Assembly: GCA_964459225.1 (NCBI GenBank)
Contig: CAYWKB010000001.1
Coordinates: 289,318-353,317, forward strand
Source: an uncultured Candidatus Saccharibacteria bacterium
Lineage (GTDB): Bacteria; Patescibacteriota; Minisyncoccia; Phycocordibacterales; PALSA-1337
Direction: 5' to 3'
DNA: 64,000 nt
The translations under genes were made by a program, and so were the position numbers. Positions 1 to 10,713 of the stretch are shown here, in pieces; within the stretch, counting starts at the first letter, position 1, and every line of letters starts with the position of its first letter. Below the pieces are notes generated by a model, which made no database searches, was not told the origin of the DNA, and saw only the letters and a list, made by a program, of their open reading frames with translations.

Positions 1-1020
1 TCACAAGTACTATATAGGAAATACAGACCATTCAATTGGAATGATGTAATTGGCCAGGATCATGTAATAGATGTTCTAAAAAGCTCAATTGAAGCAGAGA
101 AAGTGGCGCATGCATACCTTTTTTCTGGTGGAAGGGGAACTGGAAAGACATCAATAGCGCGTATATTTTCAAGGGCATTAAAAATAAGTGATAATGATAT
201 TTATGAAATAGATGCAGCTTCAAATCGTGGTATAGATGATATAAGGGAAATAAGGGATGGAGTAAGTGTTTTACCTTTTGAATCAAAATACAAAGTTTAT
301 ATTATCGATGAGGTACATATGCTCACAAAAGAGGCATTTAATGCATTGCTTAAAACATTAGAAGAGCCACCAGCACATGCAATATTTATTTTAGCTACAA
401 CCGAAACAGAAAAGATTCCAGAAACAGTTATTTCGCGTTGCCAAGTTTTTACATTTAAAAAACCAAATAGAGAAATACTTAAAAACTTAGTAGGGAAAAT
501 TGCAAAAAAAGAAGGCTATAGTTTAGATTCAGGAGTGGCTGATTTAATATCAGTGCTCGGGGACGGTTCATTTAGAGATACGCTTGGAATATTACAAAAA
601 GTCCTAAGTCAGGCAAAAGATAAAAAGATTTTAATAAAAGAGGTGGAGGATATAACAGGAGCGCCAAAGAGTTCATTGGTAAATGATTTTACGATGACAA
701 TTACAAATCAAGAAAAAGAAAAAGCATTACAAATTATTTCTAAAGTAATTGAGGGTAATATTTCAATAAAAGTATTCATAGCACTTGTTTTAGAAAAATT
801 AAGATTGGCACTTATAATTAAAAATATAAGTAGTAAAGAAATTTTTGATAATTATAAAAAAGACATAGGAGAAGATGATTTTAAAATTATTGAGAGTATT
901 TCAAAATCAAAAATAAATTCAGGAATGCTGCTCGAAATAATAAAAGCATATGATATGACAGGGAAATCATATATAGAAAGTTTACCATTAGAATTGGCAG
1001 TTATTGCTATTTGTGGGTAG
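1..1020 (+). CDS. dnaX: DNA polymerase III subunit gamma/tau (clamp loader ATPase), 5' partial (reading frame open at window start)
   Basis: Frame 1 translation from position 1 gives YRKYRPFNWNDVIGQDHV then Walker A GGRGTGKTS and IDEVHML, typical DnaX AAA+ motifs. The ORF continues in-frame upstream of the listed Met at 103. Confidence 0.85.
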   Translation, partial: SQVLYRKYRPFNWNDVIGQDHVIDVLKSSIEAEKVAHAYLFSGGRGTGKTSIARIFSRALKISDNDIYEIDAASNRGIDDIREIRDGVSVLPFESKYKVYIIDEVHMLTKEAFNALLKTLEEPPAHAIFILATTETEKIPETVISRCQVFTFKKPNREILKNLVGKIAKKEGYSLDSGVADLISVLGDGSFRDTLGILQKVLSQAKDKKILIKEVEDITGAPKSSLVNDFTMTITNQEKEKALQIISKVIEGNISIKVFIALVLEKLRLALIIKNISSKEIFDNYKKDIGEDDFKIIESISKSKINSGMLLEIIKAYDMTGKSYIESLPLELAVIAICG

Positions 1021-1056
1021 ATTTGATATAAAATTAATTGGAACAAATTACAAAAT

Positions 1057-1524
1057 ATGAATATCACATTACCACAACAATCAAATAAACCTTGCGTTTA
1101 CTGTTCAGTTCCAGAAATCAGAAATCGTGAGATTATGAGCAATGGACTAGCTTGGGCTTTTCCTACAAACATCCCGATAACTAAGGGACATACACTCATA
1201 AGTCCGAGGCGTTGCGTTGCAAACCTTGAAGGATTAACACTAGATGAGCTTACATCAATTTTTGATCTTGCAATAACCATCAAGTTTGCATTAAAGACAT
1301 TGTATGGGGCAGAAGGATTTAATTGTGTGTGGAATGAAGGAAAGTTGGCAGGTCAGTCTGTTCCACATTTTCATCTGCATATTATTCCTCGAAAGGATGG
1401 TGACACAGGACTTCTCGGATATGATCCAAGGAGTATGCTGTATCGAACAGGTGATCGCGAACCGACAACGGAAGATCAATTGTTGATTGTTAGGGATGAG
1501 ATAAGAAGGGTAATCACTCAGTAA
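1057..1524 (+). CDS. HIT family (histidine triad) hydrolase
   Basis: HFHLHIIPR histidine triad motif near the C-terminus; ~155 aa, typical HIT size. Confidence 0.8.
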   Translation: MNITLPQQSNKPCVYCSVPEIRNREIMSNGLAWAFPTNIPITKGHTLISPRRCVANLEGLTLDELTSIFDLAITIKFALKTLYGAEGFNCVWNEGKLAGQSVPHFHLHIIPRKDGDTGLLGYDPRSMLYRTGDREPTTEDQLLIVRDEIRRVITQ

Positions 1525-1546
1525 TCATCTCGGGACACTTACACGA

Positions 1547-1580
1547 ATACCGACTAGAAAATAGTCGGTATTTTCTTATT
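1547..1580 (+). terminator. Rho-independent terminator after the HIT gene
   Basis: 10-bp stem ataccgacta/tagtcggtat, loop gaaaa, then tttcttatt. Confidence 0.5.
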
Positions 1581-1663
1581 TTAAATAAAAAACCTCTAAA
1601 AATTTCATAATTATTTTATTTTAATTTTATTTGGATTTCATTTTGATTTGTTAGGGTTGATGA

Positions 1664-2053
1664 ATGGATTTTAGAAATCATAAAGATTTTATCAAAATAT
1701 ATTATATAAAATATAAAAAGATTGGATATGTAAAGTGTCCTGCTTTTAACTATGAAAAAGTCTATTTTAATAAACATGGTTTTCGTCATATTATCAGAAA
1801 AGGAAAGAAATTTAGAGAGATTAGTGAACAAATCGAAAGGCTTAATTTATTGAAATATGCCCCTATAATAATTGCTTCTAGTAAGAATATTAAAGATTAT
1901 AATAAAAATAGCACTAGTGCTAATAATAAGGATCAATATAAAACCGCTGATTTCTGGTCTTTTCTTCAGATTCATGATGATATAAAAATCATAGTTGTAA
2001 TAAGACAAGTGAAAGACGGCCCTAAGCATTTCTTCAGTATTATGCGTAAATAA
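1664..2053 (+). CDS. hypothetical protein (Lys-rich, 129 aa)
   Basis: Intact ORF after the upstream terminator; no recognisable motif; weak hairpin downstream. Confidence 0.35.
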   Translation: MDFRNHKDFIKIYYIKYKKIGYVKCPAFNYEKVYFNKHGFRHIIRKGKKFREISEQIERLNLLKYAPIIIASSKNIKDYNKNSTSANNKDQYKTADFWSFLQIHDDIKIIVVIRQVKDGPKHFFSIMRK

Positions 2054-2203
2054 AGCACAAAAGACCCCGAAGGGTCTTTCCATAGTGTTCGTCACCAGCG
2101 ACAATGCCGATTATATCAACTTGGTGTGCTATTCCAATGACCGCGAACATTATTACTCATAATCTTAACAAAGACGATTCTAAAGTCAACAATAAATTTA
2201 AAA

Positions 2204-2521
2204 TCACTTTATCTTCGTAATAATCTGATACTCATCTTCGTATAGGATTTCACTTGGTCGATCAATCATAATCATATCTACCTTACCAATTACTACTGAT
2301 TTATGCCAATCCATAAGTCCAGATTCTCTGTATTTTTTAAGTCCTTTTTCTGTCCAAAATGATATTGCTCCAGGATACTTTTCTCCTATTTTTGGCAACC
2401 AAGATCCATCTGGTTTATTTAACCTTCTCAAGTCGTCTTTTGGGCAATCTTTTTCTACAGCTTCATATATTCCAATGTTGCCTACAATAAATCTATAAAG
2501 TTTTTCAACACTATTTCCCAT
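2204..2521 (-). CDS. hypothetical protein (start ambiguous; maximal ORF reaches 2632 and overlaps the secA 3' end)
   Basis: ORF immediately downstream of secA on the same strand. The internal Met at 2519-2521 gives an 11-nt overlap with the secA stop; no motif recognised. Confidence 0.35.
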   Translation of the reverse strand: MGNSVEKLYRFIVGNIGIYEAVEKDCPKDDLRRLNKPDGSWLPKIGEKYPGAISFWTEKGLKKYRESGLMDWHKSVVIGKVDMIMIDRPSEILYEDEYQIITKIK

Positions 2522-5018
2522 GACACTTTTTGTATTTTTTACCACTTCCGCAAGGACACGGGTCATTTCTTCCTGCCTCATCTTTTTTTGAAGATGCTCC
2601 ACCTTGATTTGTATTATTGTCGCCATCCCCACTTCCTATTATTTGAGCATTTTCGTGAACCTCTTTTAATTTAACTGGTTCTTGAGTAATTATTCCTCCT
2701 GCAATATGTGGTATTAGCTCTGCTATTTTTAGATTTATTGCATTTTGCATTTCTTTAAATAGTCTCAATCCTTCTTTTTTATATTCAACTAGTGGATCAC
2801 GCTGACCATATGCACGTAGATTTACACTAGATCTTGTATAATCCATTATCTCAAGATGTTCTACCCAATACATATCTATTGTTTGTAATATTATTTGCTT
2901 AGCAACAGTTAAAAATCTCTCCTTTCCAATTTGATTTATTTTGTCCTCGATTATTTTGTTCAAATCTGAAAAAATATGCGTAGATGCTATTTCCTTTATT
3001 TCTTTTTCTATTATATCCATTCCTCCCATCAATATTTCTCTTCGTCTTCCATACACTGTCTTCCTTTGATGATTTAATATGTCATCGTATTCCAAGATAT
3101 GCTTTCTTGAGTCAAAGTTATGTCCTTCGATTTTGGTCTGAGCTGTTTCGAGTGATCTTGTGATTATCTTGTTTTGTATTGGTTCATCTTCTGCAACCCC
3201 AAGTCTTCCCATCAAACTTTTGATAGTATCTGAAGCAAATATTCTCATTAGTGAATCCTCAAGAGAAACAAAAAACTGTGTTGCACCAGGATCTCCTTGT
3301 CTCCCTGAACGACCTCTTAGCTGATTGTCTATTCTTCTTGCCTCATGTCTTTCAGTTCCAAGTACAAACAGTCCGCCAATTGATTTGATTTCTTCATACA
3401 AATCTTTTGTACTAGGATTTCCGCCAAGTTTAATATCAACTCCACGACCTGCCATATTTGTTGCTATCGTCACTGCACCTCTTTTTCCTGCTTGAGCGAT
3501 TATTTCTCCTTCTCTTTCATGATTCTTGGCATTAAGTATTTCATGTTTTACTCCCTCTGCCTTTAAAAATTCTGAAAGGACTTCATTTTTTTCAATTGAA
3601 ACTGTACCAATCAAAACTGGTTGACCTGTTTTATTTAATTCCTTTACCTTTCTTGCTATTGCCTTAAACTTTCCGATTTCAGTTTGGAAAATCAAATCAT
3701 CATGATCCAATCTTTGTATTGTTTTATTTGTAGGAACGACAATAGTTTCTAATCCATATACCTTATAAAATTCCTCACTTGAAGTTGATGCTGTACCTGT
3801 CATTCCTGAAAGTTTTTTATACAATCTAAAATAGTTTTGGAAAGTAATAGATGCATAGGTACGAGATTCTTTTTGAACTGAAACTCCTTCCTTTGCCTCT
3901 ATTGCTTGATGAAGTCCATCTGACCAACGTCTTCCGGGCTGAAGTCTACCTGTAAATGTATCGACTATAACTATTTGATTATCTTTAACAACGTATTCAG
4001 AATTTAAATTATAAAGAGCCTTGGCCTTTACTGCAGTCTCCAAATGATGAACGTATTTGATTCCTTTTTCTGTATAAATATTTTCGACACCCAATTTCTT
4101 CTCGGCTTTTTCTATTCCTTTTGGTGTAAGACTTATATTTCTATTTTTTTCATCAACTGTATAATCTTCATCTTTATTAAATTCACGAACCATAATTGAA
4201 AATATTTGATATAGATTTTCGGAATCAGTTGTTGGTGCAGAAATGATAAGAGGAGTACGCGCTTCGTCTATAAGTATTGAGTCGATTTCGTCCACAATGG
4301 CATAGTTGAAATCTCTTTGACGTAGGGAAGATTCTTCGTATTCTAAATTGTCTCTAAGATAATCAAAGCCGAATTCATTGTTAGTACCATAAGTTATATC
4401 TGCCGAATACGCCTCTCTACGAGATACTGGCTTAAGGAATTCATGAACAACTTTAAATGATCCAAGTTCATCACGCTTTTTATCTAAATTTTCATCTGAT
4501 TCATTTGAAGAAATATGTTTTGGATCATATATAAAAGAAGTTTCGTGATTTATAACTCCAGTTGTAAGTCCTAGAAAATTATATATTTGTCCCATCCAAA
4601 CCGCATCACGTCTTGATAGGTAATCGTTTACAGTTACAACATGTACTCCTTTACCTGAAAGTGCATTCAAATATGCGGGAAGGGTAGCTACCAAAGTTTT
4701 TCCTTCACCTGTTCGCATTTCACCTATATTTCCATAATGTAAAATTGCACCACCTATTATCTGTACATCAAAATGTCTTTGACCAGAAACTCTCTTTGAA
4801 GCCTCGCGTACAACTGCAAATGCTTCAGGGAGTATATTGTTTAGTGATTCACCGCTTGAAATTCTTTTTTTGAATTCTTGAGTTTTATTTTTTAAAGCAT
4901 CGTCTGAAAGGGAAGAGATAGCAGTTTCAAATGAATTAACCTCAACTAAAATAGCCTCATATTTTTTGAGTAGTTTTTTATTATTATCACCAAAAATGTT
5001 TTTTAATGAAAACGCCAT
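2511..5018 (-). CDS. secA: preprotein translocase ATPase SecA
   Basis: 835 aa; DEAD-like motor motifs (GEMRTGEGKT, DEIDSILIDEARTPLIIS) and C-terminal zinc-binding tail CPCGSGKKYKKCHGK. Confidence 0.95.
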   Translation of the reverse strand: MAFSLKNIFGDNNKKLLKKYEAILVEVNSFETAISSLSDDALKNKTQEFKKRISSGESLNNILPEAFAVVREASKRVSGQRHFDVQIIGGAILHYGNIGEMRTGEGKTLVATLPAYLNALSGKGVHVVTVNDYLSRRDAVWMGQIYNFLGLTTGVINHETSFIYDPKHISSNESDENLDKKRDELGSFKVVHEFLKPVSRREAYSADITYGTNNEFGFDYLRDNLEYEESSLRQRDFNYAIVDEIDSILIDEARTPLIISAPTTDSENLYQIFSIMVREFNKDEDYTVDEKNRNISLTPKGIEKAEKKLGVENIYTEKGIKYVHHLETAVKAKALYNLNSEYVVKDNQIVIVDTFTGRLQPGRRWSDGLHQAIEAKEGVSVQKESRTYASITFQNYFRLYKKLSGMTGTASTSSEEFYKVYGLETIVVPTNKTIQRLDHDDLIFQTEIGKFKAIARKVKELNKTGQPVLIGTVSIEKNEVLSEFLKAEGVKHEILNAKNHEREGEIIAQAGKRGAVTIATNMAGRGVDIKLGGNPSTKDLYEEIKSIGGLFVLGTERHEARRIDNQLRGRSGRQGDPGATQFFVSLEDSLMRIFASDTIKSLMGRLGVAEDEPIQNKIITRSLETAQTKIEGHNFDSRKHILEYDDILNHQRKTVYGRRREILMGGMDIIEKEIKEIASTHIFSDLNKIIEDKINQIGKERFLTVAKQIILQTIDMYWVEHLEIMDYTRSSVNLRAYGQRDPLVEYKKEGLRLFKEMQNAINLKIAELIPHIAGGIITQEPVKLKEVHENAQIIGSGDGDNNTNQGGASSKKDEAGRNDPCPCGSGKKYKKCHGK

Positions 5019-5065
5019 AATGTGCTTGGCACTATATCATAAAAAGGATAATAAAAAAAGGTTAT

Positions 5066-6085
5066 TTACTCTACATACTCAACCTCAGGGAATATTTCAA
5101 TACTAGTTTCTGCATAAACTTTATCCACCATTTTTTGTGCAAGGTTCACTATGTCATTTGCTGTAGCATTTCCATAATTTATTAAAACCAAAGCCTGACT
5201 TTTATATGTGCCTACTTCACCTATTTTTACTCCACGAAAACCGCAAACATGGTCGAGTATCCATGCTAGTGGAATTTTAACTTTTTTATCGTTAACAGAA
5301 TGCACTATCATATCTGGATACTTTGCTATTAATTCCTTTGCCTTATTTGTTGAGACTATAACATTTTTGAAAAATGAACCTGCGGTACCGTATTGTTTAA
5401 GATCAGGTAACTTCCTTGTTCTAATATCGACAATTGCTTCGCGTACTTGTTTTAAATTTGGTTCGCTAATCTTTTTGAATGAAAAATATTCATCAAGGTC
5501 TTTGTATTTTGTATTCAATTTACCTTTTTTATTTAATTTAAAAATAACTGAAAGTATTACATATCTATTTTTTTCTTTTTTAAAAATACTGTCTCTATAA
5601 TCAAATTTGCAATCTATATTTTTGAATGTCTTGTATTCATCATTTTTAATATCTAAAACATATACTGATTCAATTGTGTCTTTTGCTTCGCTTCCGTATG
5701 CACCAATATTTTGAACAGGAGAGGCTCCTACCGTGCCAGGTATCAATGAAAGATTTTCTAAACCATAATATCCTTTTTCAACAGTTTCTTTTACCAAATT
5801 ATCCCAATCTTCACCTGCCATAGCGGTGACAAGTACATTGTCGCCATCTTCCTTGTATGTAATACCTTTCATTTCAATTTTAATAACAATGCCAGGAAAG
5901 CCAGCATCAGATACTAAAAGATTTGAGCCACCACCTAAAATAAAGAAAGGAATTTTATTTTTCTTAGAAAAACCGATTGCTTCTATGAGTTCATCATCAT
6001 TTGTTGCAATACAAAAATATCGAGCAGGACCGCCGATTTTAAAAGTGGTGTATTTACTGAGAGAAATGTTTTCTAGGATTTTCAT
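5066..6085 (-). CDS. murB: UDP-N-acetylenolpyruvoylglucosamine reductase
   Basis: 339 aa; FAD-binding N-terminus LSKYTTFKIGGPARYF ... ILGGGSNLLVSD typical of MurB. Confidence 0.9.
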   Translation of the reverse strand: MKILENISLSKYTTFKIGGPARYFCIATNDDELIEAIGFSKKNKIPFFILGGGSNLLVSDAGFPGIVIKIEMKGITYKEDGDNVLVTAMAGEDWDNLVKETVEKGYYGLENLSLIPGTVGASPVQNIGAYGSEAKDTIESVYVLDIKNDEYKTFKNIDCKFDYRDSIFKKEKNRYVILSVIFKLNKKGKLNTKYKDLDEYFSFKKISEPNLKQVREAIVDIRTRKLPDLKQYGTAGSFFKNVIVSTNKAKELIAKYPDMIVHSVNDKKVKIPLAWILDHVCGFRGVKIGEVGTYKSQALVLINYGNATANDIVNLAQKMVDKVYAETSIEIFPEVEYVE

Positions 6086-6240
6086 ATAATAGTGTTTTGT
6101 AAAATCAGACGAACCTACGGGGCGGAGAATTTTTATAGACCTAAGGTATATAAAAATTACTACGCCCGCAAGATAGGTGAGACGATTTTACCAATTGCGC
6201 CGAATGTTGACGTACGGGTGTTAGCTCCAAATATAATGTC

Positions 6241-6430
6241 TAAATTAAGATGTGAGTACAGCCGTCCGTCATCACTTGGTACAATCTACAATAATATTAA
6301 CATAATAGATAGTGTGATGCATATGTGTACAAATAGAAACAAAAAACCCTGCCGAGGCAGGATCTTATGTAGACATTTTATTTTGGATTGTACCAACAGC
6401 TAAGTTCAAATATAACTTCAAACTTTATCA
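6241..6430 (+). ncRNA. candidate structured RNA / long imperfect inverted repeat upstream of tuf (identity unknown)
   Basis: Nested long-range complementarity: 6241-6249 tgtgagtac pairs 6421-6429 gtactcaca; 6266-6278 pairs 6374-6386 (13 bp incl. one U-G that is only valid on the plus strand); internal hairpin cctgcc/ggcagg at 6337-6351. No protein-coding signal. Confidence 0.3.
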
Positions 6431-6616
6431 GTACTCACACATGCATATTATAACTCAGAGAGCATATTTTTTGCAAATTATAATAAACATGGATATTTAC
6501 CCAAATAATTATTGACTTATTTATATATCTTATGCTAACATAGCAGTTACGCGTTTTTGCGTTGGCTTTAGTTATCTCTATATTAATAATTATTAATTTT
6601 TTATAAATAAAATATT

Positions 6617-7804
6617 ATGGCATCAGAATTTAATCGTTCAAAACCACATGTAAACGTAGGTACAATCGGACACGTTGACCACGGAAAGACAACTCTTACT
6701 ACTTCTATTCTTGCAGTTCAAGCAAAAGATGGATTAGCACAGCTTAAGGCTTATGCTGATATTGCTAAGGGAGGTACTGTTCGTGATGCAACAAAGGTTG
6801 TTACTATTTCACTTGCTCACGTTGAATACGAGTCAGACGCAAGACATTATGCTCATATCGACGCCCCAGGACACGCAGACTATATAAAGAACATGATTAC
6901 AGGTGCCGCTCAAATGGACGGTGCTATACTAGTAGTATCAGCTCTTGATGGAGTTATGCCACAAACAAGAGAGCATATTCTTCTTGCAAAGCAAGTTGGA
7001 GTTCCACAAATAGTAGTATTCCTAAACAAGTGCGATATGGTTCCTGAAGCAGATCTTCTAGATCTAGTTGAAGAAGAAGTACGTGATCTTCTAACAAAGA
7101 ACGGCTTTGACGGAAAGGGTGCACCAGTTATAAGAGGTTCAGCTTTGAAGGCTCTTGAGGGTGATGCAGCATGGGTATCAAAGATAAAGGATCTTATGAA
7201 GGCTCTTGATACATATATTCCTATGCCAGTTCGTGAAGTTGATAAGCCATTCCTAATGCCAATCGAAGACATATTCTCAATTGAAGGACGTGGTACTGTA
7301 GTAACAGGACGTATTGAAAGAGGTATGGTAAAGGTAGGTGAAGAAGTTGAAATCATCGGTTTCAAGGATACTTCAAAGACTACAATTACAGGTATTGAAA
7401 TGTTTAATAAGTCACTAAAGGAAGGTATTGCAGGGGATAATGCCGGACTACTACTTAGAGGTACAGGAAAGGATGATGTTACTCGTGGTATGGTTCTTGC
7501 TAAGACAGGATCAGTTAAGCCTCATACAGACTTCGAAGCAGAAGTATATATTCTAAAGAAGGAAGAGGGAGGACGTCATACACCATTCTTCACAGGATAT
7601 AAGCCACAATTCTATATCAGAACAACAGACGTTACAGGTGAAGTAACACTTGCAACAGGAGTTGAAATGGTTATGCCAGGAGATACAGTTACATTTAAGG
7701 TAAAGCTAGTAGCTCCAGTAGCTATGGAGGACAAGATGAGATTTGCTATCCGTGAAGGAGGTAAGACAGTAGGTGCAGGTGTTGTAACAAAAATAGTTGC
7801 ATAA
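6617..7804 (+). CDS. tuf: translation elongation factor Tu
   Basis: 395 aa; [22 protein letters not shown] GTPase motifs; full-length EF-Tu. Confidence 0.97.
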   Translation: MASEFNRSKPHVNVGTIGHVDHGKTTLTTSILAVQAKDGLAQLKAYADIAKGGTVRDATKVVTISLAHVEYESDARHYAHIDAPGHADYIKNMITGAAQMDGAILVVSALDGVMPQTREHILLAKQVGVPQIVVFLNKCDMVPEADLLDLVEEEVRDLLTKNGFDGKGAPVIRGSALKALEGDAAWVSKIKDLMKALDTYIPMPVREVDKPFLMPIEDIFSIEGRGTVVTGRIERGMVKVGEEVEIIGFKDTSKTTITGIEMFNKSLKEGIAGDNAGLLLRGTGKDDVTRGMVLAKTGSVKPHTDFEAEVYILKKEEGGRHTPFFTGYKPQFYIRTTDVTGEVTLATGVEMVMPGDTVTFKVKLVAPVAMEDKMRFAIREGGKTVGAGVVTKIVA

Positions 7805-7836
7805 TACAGTAAAATCTGATAAACATTAACAATACT

Positions 7837-8205
7837 ATGACCACTATCGCTAAAGAAAAAAAGGTAACAAAGGCAAAGACATCTTCAAAAGAGGGTGAAA
7901 TTGCAAAACTTAGAATACGTGTTCGTGCATACGAACATAAGATTCTTGATGCTTCTCTTAAGCAGATAATGGATACAGCTATTCGTTATGATGTACAGTT
8001 TTTTGGACCTATTCCATTACCAACTGAAATCAAAAAGTACACTGTAAACCGTGCATCATTTGTATTCAAAAATGCTCGTGAACAGTTTGAAATGAGAGTA
8101 CACAAGAGATTAATAGATATACTAAATCCAAATCAAAAGATTATTGAAGCTCTAACAAATCTTAGTTTGCCATCAGGGGTGAATATAGATGTAAAGATGA
8201 TGTAA
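7837..8205 (+). CDS. rpsJ: 30S ribosomal protein S10 (with ~20-aa N-terminal extension)
   Basis: KLRIRVRAYEHKILD ... FEMRVHKRLIDI S10 signature; first gene of the S10 operon directly after tuf. Confidence 0.9.
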   Translation: MTTIAKEKKVTKAKTSSKEGEIAKLRIRVRAYEHKILDASLKQIMDTAIRYDVQFFGPIPLPTEIKKYTVNRASFVFKNAREQFEMRVHKRLIDILNPNQKIIEALTNLSLPSGVNIDVKMM

Positions 8206-8230
8206 TACCGAATAACAGAACTCAAATTAT

Positions 8231-8797
8231 ATGAAAACTATAGGAAAATTTATTCTAGGAAGGAAGCTAAGCATGACACAAATCTTCGATAAGGAAGGGG
8301 TAGTTCATCCTGTAACAGTAATTGAAGTATCTCCTATATCAGTTTCTCAAGTAAAAACAAAAGAAAAAGATGGATACACAGCTATTCAATTAACTTCTAA
8401 AAAAGGAAAAATAGAAACAAAAAGAGAGTACAGAACAGAGGACACAACTAAAAATGTTGGCGATGCTCTAGGTGTATTACTTTTCAACGAAGGAGATGAA
8501 ATAGAGGTTAGTGCAATCTCAAAGGGTAAAGGTTTCCAAGGTGTAGTTAAGCGTCATGGTTTCGGTGGAGGACCAAGAACACACGGACAAAAGCACTCAG
8601 AACGTGAACCAGGATCAATCGGAGGAGGACTTAGAAATAAAGTTCCTAAAAAGATGAGAATGGCCGGAAGAATGGGTGGCGACAGAATAACAGTTAAAAA
8701 CCTTAAAGTAGTTCATATTGACTCAGAGGCAAATAAAATGTATATTCGAGGAGCTATTCCTGGAAAAAGAGGAACTGTAGTTGAAATAAAAGGCTAG
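8231..8797 (+). CDS. rplC: 50S ribosomal protein L3
   Basis: GKGFQGVVKRHGFGGGPRTHGQ L3 motif; operon position. Confidence 0.92.
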   Translation: MKTIGKFILGRKLSMTQIFDKEGVVHPVTVIEVSPISVSQVKTKEKDGYTAIQLTSKKGKIETKREYRTEDTTKNVGDALGVLLFNEGDEIEVSAISKGKGFQGVVKRHGFGGGPRTHGQKHSEREPGSIGGGLRNKVPKKMRMAGRMGGDRITVKNLKVVHIDSEANKMYIRGAIPGKRGTVVEIKG

Positions 8798-8816
8798 TTA
8801 AATACCGTAAAATATC

Positions 8817-9467
8817 ATGGAAACAACAATATACAATCAAAAAGGACAAGAAGCAGGAAAGATGAAAATCCCAGAATCAGTTTTTGGTATTCCTTGGAAT
8901 GCTGACTTGGTTCATCAAGTGGTTGTTTCAATGATGTCTAGTGCTCGTCATCCAATCGCAAATACAAAAACTCGCGGTGAAGTAAGTGGAGGAGGTAAAA
9001 AGCCTTGGCAACAAAAAGGAACAGGACGCGCTCGCCACGGTTCTACAAGATCACCTATTTGGGTTGGTGGAGGTATTGCTCATGGACCAAGAGCGGATAA
9101 GAATTATGATAGAAAGGTAAATAAAAAGGCAAAGATAAAGGCGCTATATACTATTCTTTCTAAAAAGTTCAAGGATGGTGAAATATTGTTTGTTGATTCA
9201 CTTTCATTTACTGCTCCAAAGGCTAGTGAAGCTAAATCAACTCTAATGGCTTTTTCAAAAGTAAAAGGATTTGAAAAGTTTGCTACAAAACCTAAAAATG
9301 TTGCTATTCTAGCAATAGAAAAAAAGACTCCTGAAATCATGAAGAGTTTCAAAAATTTTGGAAATCTAGAAGTTGAAGAATTCAGAACAATTAATCCTGT
9401 ATCAGTTCTTAATCATAAATATTTGGTTATTGCTAATGCAAAGGAAAGTCTAAAAAATTTAAAATAA
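8817..9467 (+). CDS. rplD: 50S ribosomal protein L4
   Basis: 216 aa; [16 protein letters not shown]4 motif; position after L3. Confidence 0.9.
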   Translation: METTIYNQKGQEAGKMKIPESVFGIPWNADLVHQVVVSMMSSARHPIANTKTRGEVSGGGKKPWQQKGTGRARHGSTRSPIWVGGGIAHGPRADKNYDRKVNKKAKIKALYTILSKKFKDGEILFVDSLSFTAPKASEAKSTLMAFSKVKGFEKFATKPKNVAILAIEKKTPEIMKSFKNFGNLEVEEFRTINPVSVLNHKYLVIANAKESLKNLK

Positions 9468-9471
9468 TTTT

Positions 9472-9741
9472 ATGAATACACTTTTAAGACCAAGAATTAC
9501 AGAAAAGTCAGGAATAATGAGTGAAACTCAAAATATTTATACATTTGAGGTTCTTAAGGATTCAACAAAGGATAGTATTGCTCGTGAAGTAAAGGCACTA
9601 TATAAAGTTACTCCAGTAAAGATAACAATAGTTAATCTTCCAGCCAAAAAGGTTTTTGTAAGAGGAAAAAAGGGAACTCATTCTGCTGTTAAAAAGGCAA
9701 TGATTTACCTTAAAAAGGGAGATAAGATAAATTTTATATAA
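9472..9741 (+). CDS. rplW: 50S ribosomal protein L23
   Basis: 89 aa between L4 and L2; L23-like sequence (ITEKS..YTFEV). Confidence 0.85.
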   Translation: MNTLLRPRITEKSGIMSETQNIYTFEVLKDSTKDSIAREVKALYKVTPVKITIVNLPAKKVFVRGKKGTHSAVKKAMIYLKKGDKINFI

Positions 9742-9754
9742 TTAGATAAATACC

Positions 9755-10615
9755 ATGAAAAGCTATAAACCATTAACACCATCAAGAAGAGGAATGACAG
9801 GAATCAAGTATTCTGATTATATTACCACTTCTGAACCTCATAAGCCTCTTACAGTTGGAATGAAGAGAGATATGGGTAGAAATGCCTTCGGACGTATAAC
9901 TGTACGCCATAAGGGAGGTGGACATAAAAAGCTATACAGACTTGTTGATTTTAATTATGATAAGAAAAATGTTCCAGCAAAGATAACAACTATCGAATAC
10001 GATCCTTTTAGAACTGGATTCATTGCACTTGTTCAATACGCAGACGGTGAAAAGAGATATGTACTTGTTCCAAAGAGTATGAAGGTAGGTGACTCATTTA
10101 TAGTTTCTGAAACTGCTTCAGTTGAAACAGGAAATAGACTTCCATTAAGGAAAATTCCAGTAGGTACATTTGTATACAATATCGAAATTAAACCTAATAC
10201 TGGATCAAAACTAGTACGTTCAGCAGGATCTTTTGCGCAAGTTATTGCAAATGATAATGGTTATACTCATATCAAACTTCCTTCAACAGAAATAAGAAAG
10301 GTTCATGACAATGCTTGGGCAACAGTTGGTGTTGTTTCAAATGATGAAAATCGTCTAGTAAATATCGGAAAGGCAGGTCGTTCAAGATGGCTTGGTATAC
10401 GTCCTACTGTTCGTGGTTCTGCTCAAAACCCTGTGGATCACCCATACGGTGGAGGTGAACAGAGAACAGGTCGAGGTCTCAGAAGACTTAAGACTCGTTG
10501 GGGTAAGCCTGCTGGTAAGGGACAAAAGACCAGAACTCCAAAGAAGTATTCAAATGTCTTTGTGGTTTCAAGGAGAAGAGTTGGAAAGAGTAAAACAGTA
10601 GAAGTAAATGGCTAG
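9755..10615 (+). CDS. rplB: 50S ribosomal protein L2
   Basis: 286 aa; GRNAFGRITVRHKGGGHKK and GSAQNPVDHPYGGGE L2 motifs. Confidence 0.95.
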   Translation: MKSYKPLTPSRRGMTGIKYSDYITTSEPHKPLTVGMKRDMGRNAFGRITVRHKGGGHKKLYRLVDFNYDKKNVPAKITTIEYDPFRTGFIALVQYADGEKRYVLVPKSMKVGDSFIVSETASVETGNRLPLRKIPVGTFVYNIEIKPNTGSKLVRSAGSFAQVIANDNGYTHIKLPSTEIRKVHDNAWATVGVVSNDENRLVNIGKAGRSRWLGIRPTVRGSAQNPVDHPYGGGEQRTGRGLRRLKTRWGKPAGKGQKTRTPKKYSNVFVVSRRRVGKSKTVEVNG

Positions 10616-10684
10616 TAAGATCATTAAAAAGATAAGAGATTTGGTAGATAAAGTGATAATACACTTTTATGACAATCTCTAATC

Positions 10685-10713
10685 TTGACTTAACCATACA
10701 TTTTGTTTAATAT
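10685..10713 (+). promoter_or_regulatory. candidate internal sigma70-like promoter in the 106-nt L2-S19 gap
   Basis: TTGACT-N17-TAATAT; the predicted start site lies only a few nt before the rpsS ATG and there is no SD (near-leaderless). Confidence 0.3.

Noticed and set aside
6092-6403. 103-aa ORF in the murB-tuf spacer
   Set aside because: No SD, and its codon composition and sequence look non-protein-like. The region is better explained by RNA structure or inverted repeats, so it is treated as non-coding.
6090-6616. tmRNA, RNase P RNA or tRNA genes upstream of tuf
   Set aside because: No tRNA-like T-loop (GGTTCGAATCC type), no CCA-terminated acceptor, no P4 consensus (AGGAAAGTCCGGGCTCC) and no tag-peptide reading frame ending in ALAA-like residues. 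Only generic nested helices remain.
6910-7365. 151-aa minus-strand ORF inside tuf; similar antisense ORFs inside ftsZ (15652-16350 +), secA, dnaE (57002-58852 +), murB (5208-6089 +) and others
   Set aside because: They lie fully within and antisense to highly conserved genes, have low-complexity S/T/P/R-rich translations and no start context. They are typical spurious long ORFs in the AT-rich antisense frame.
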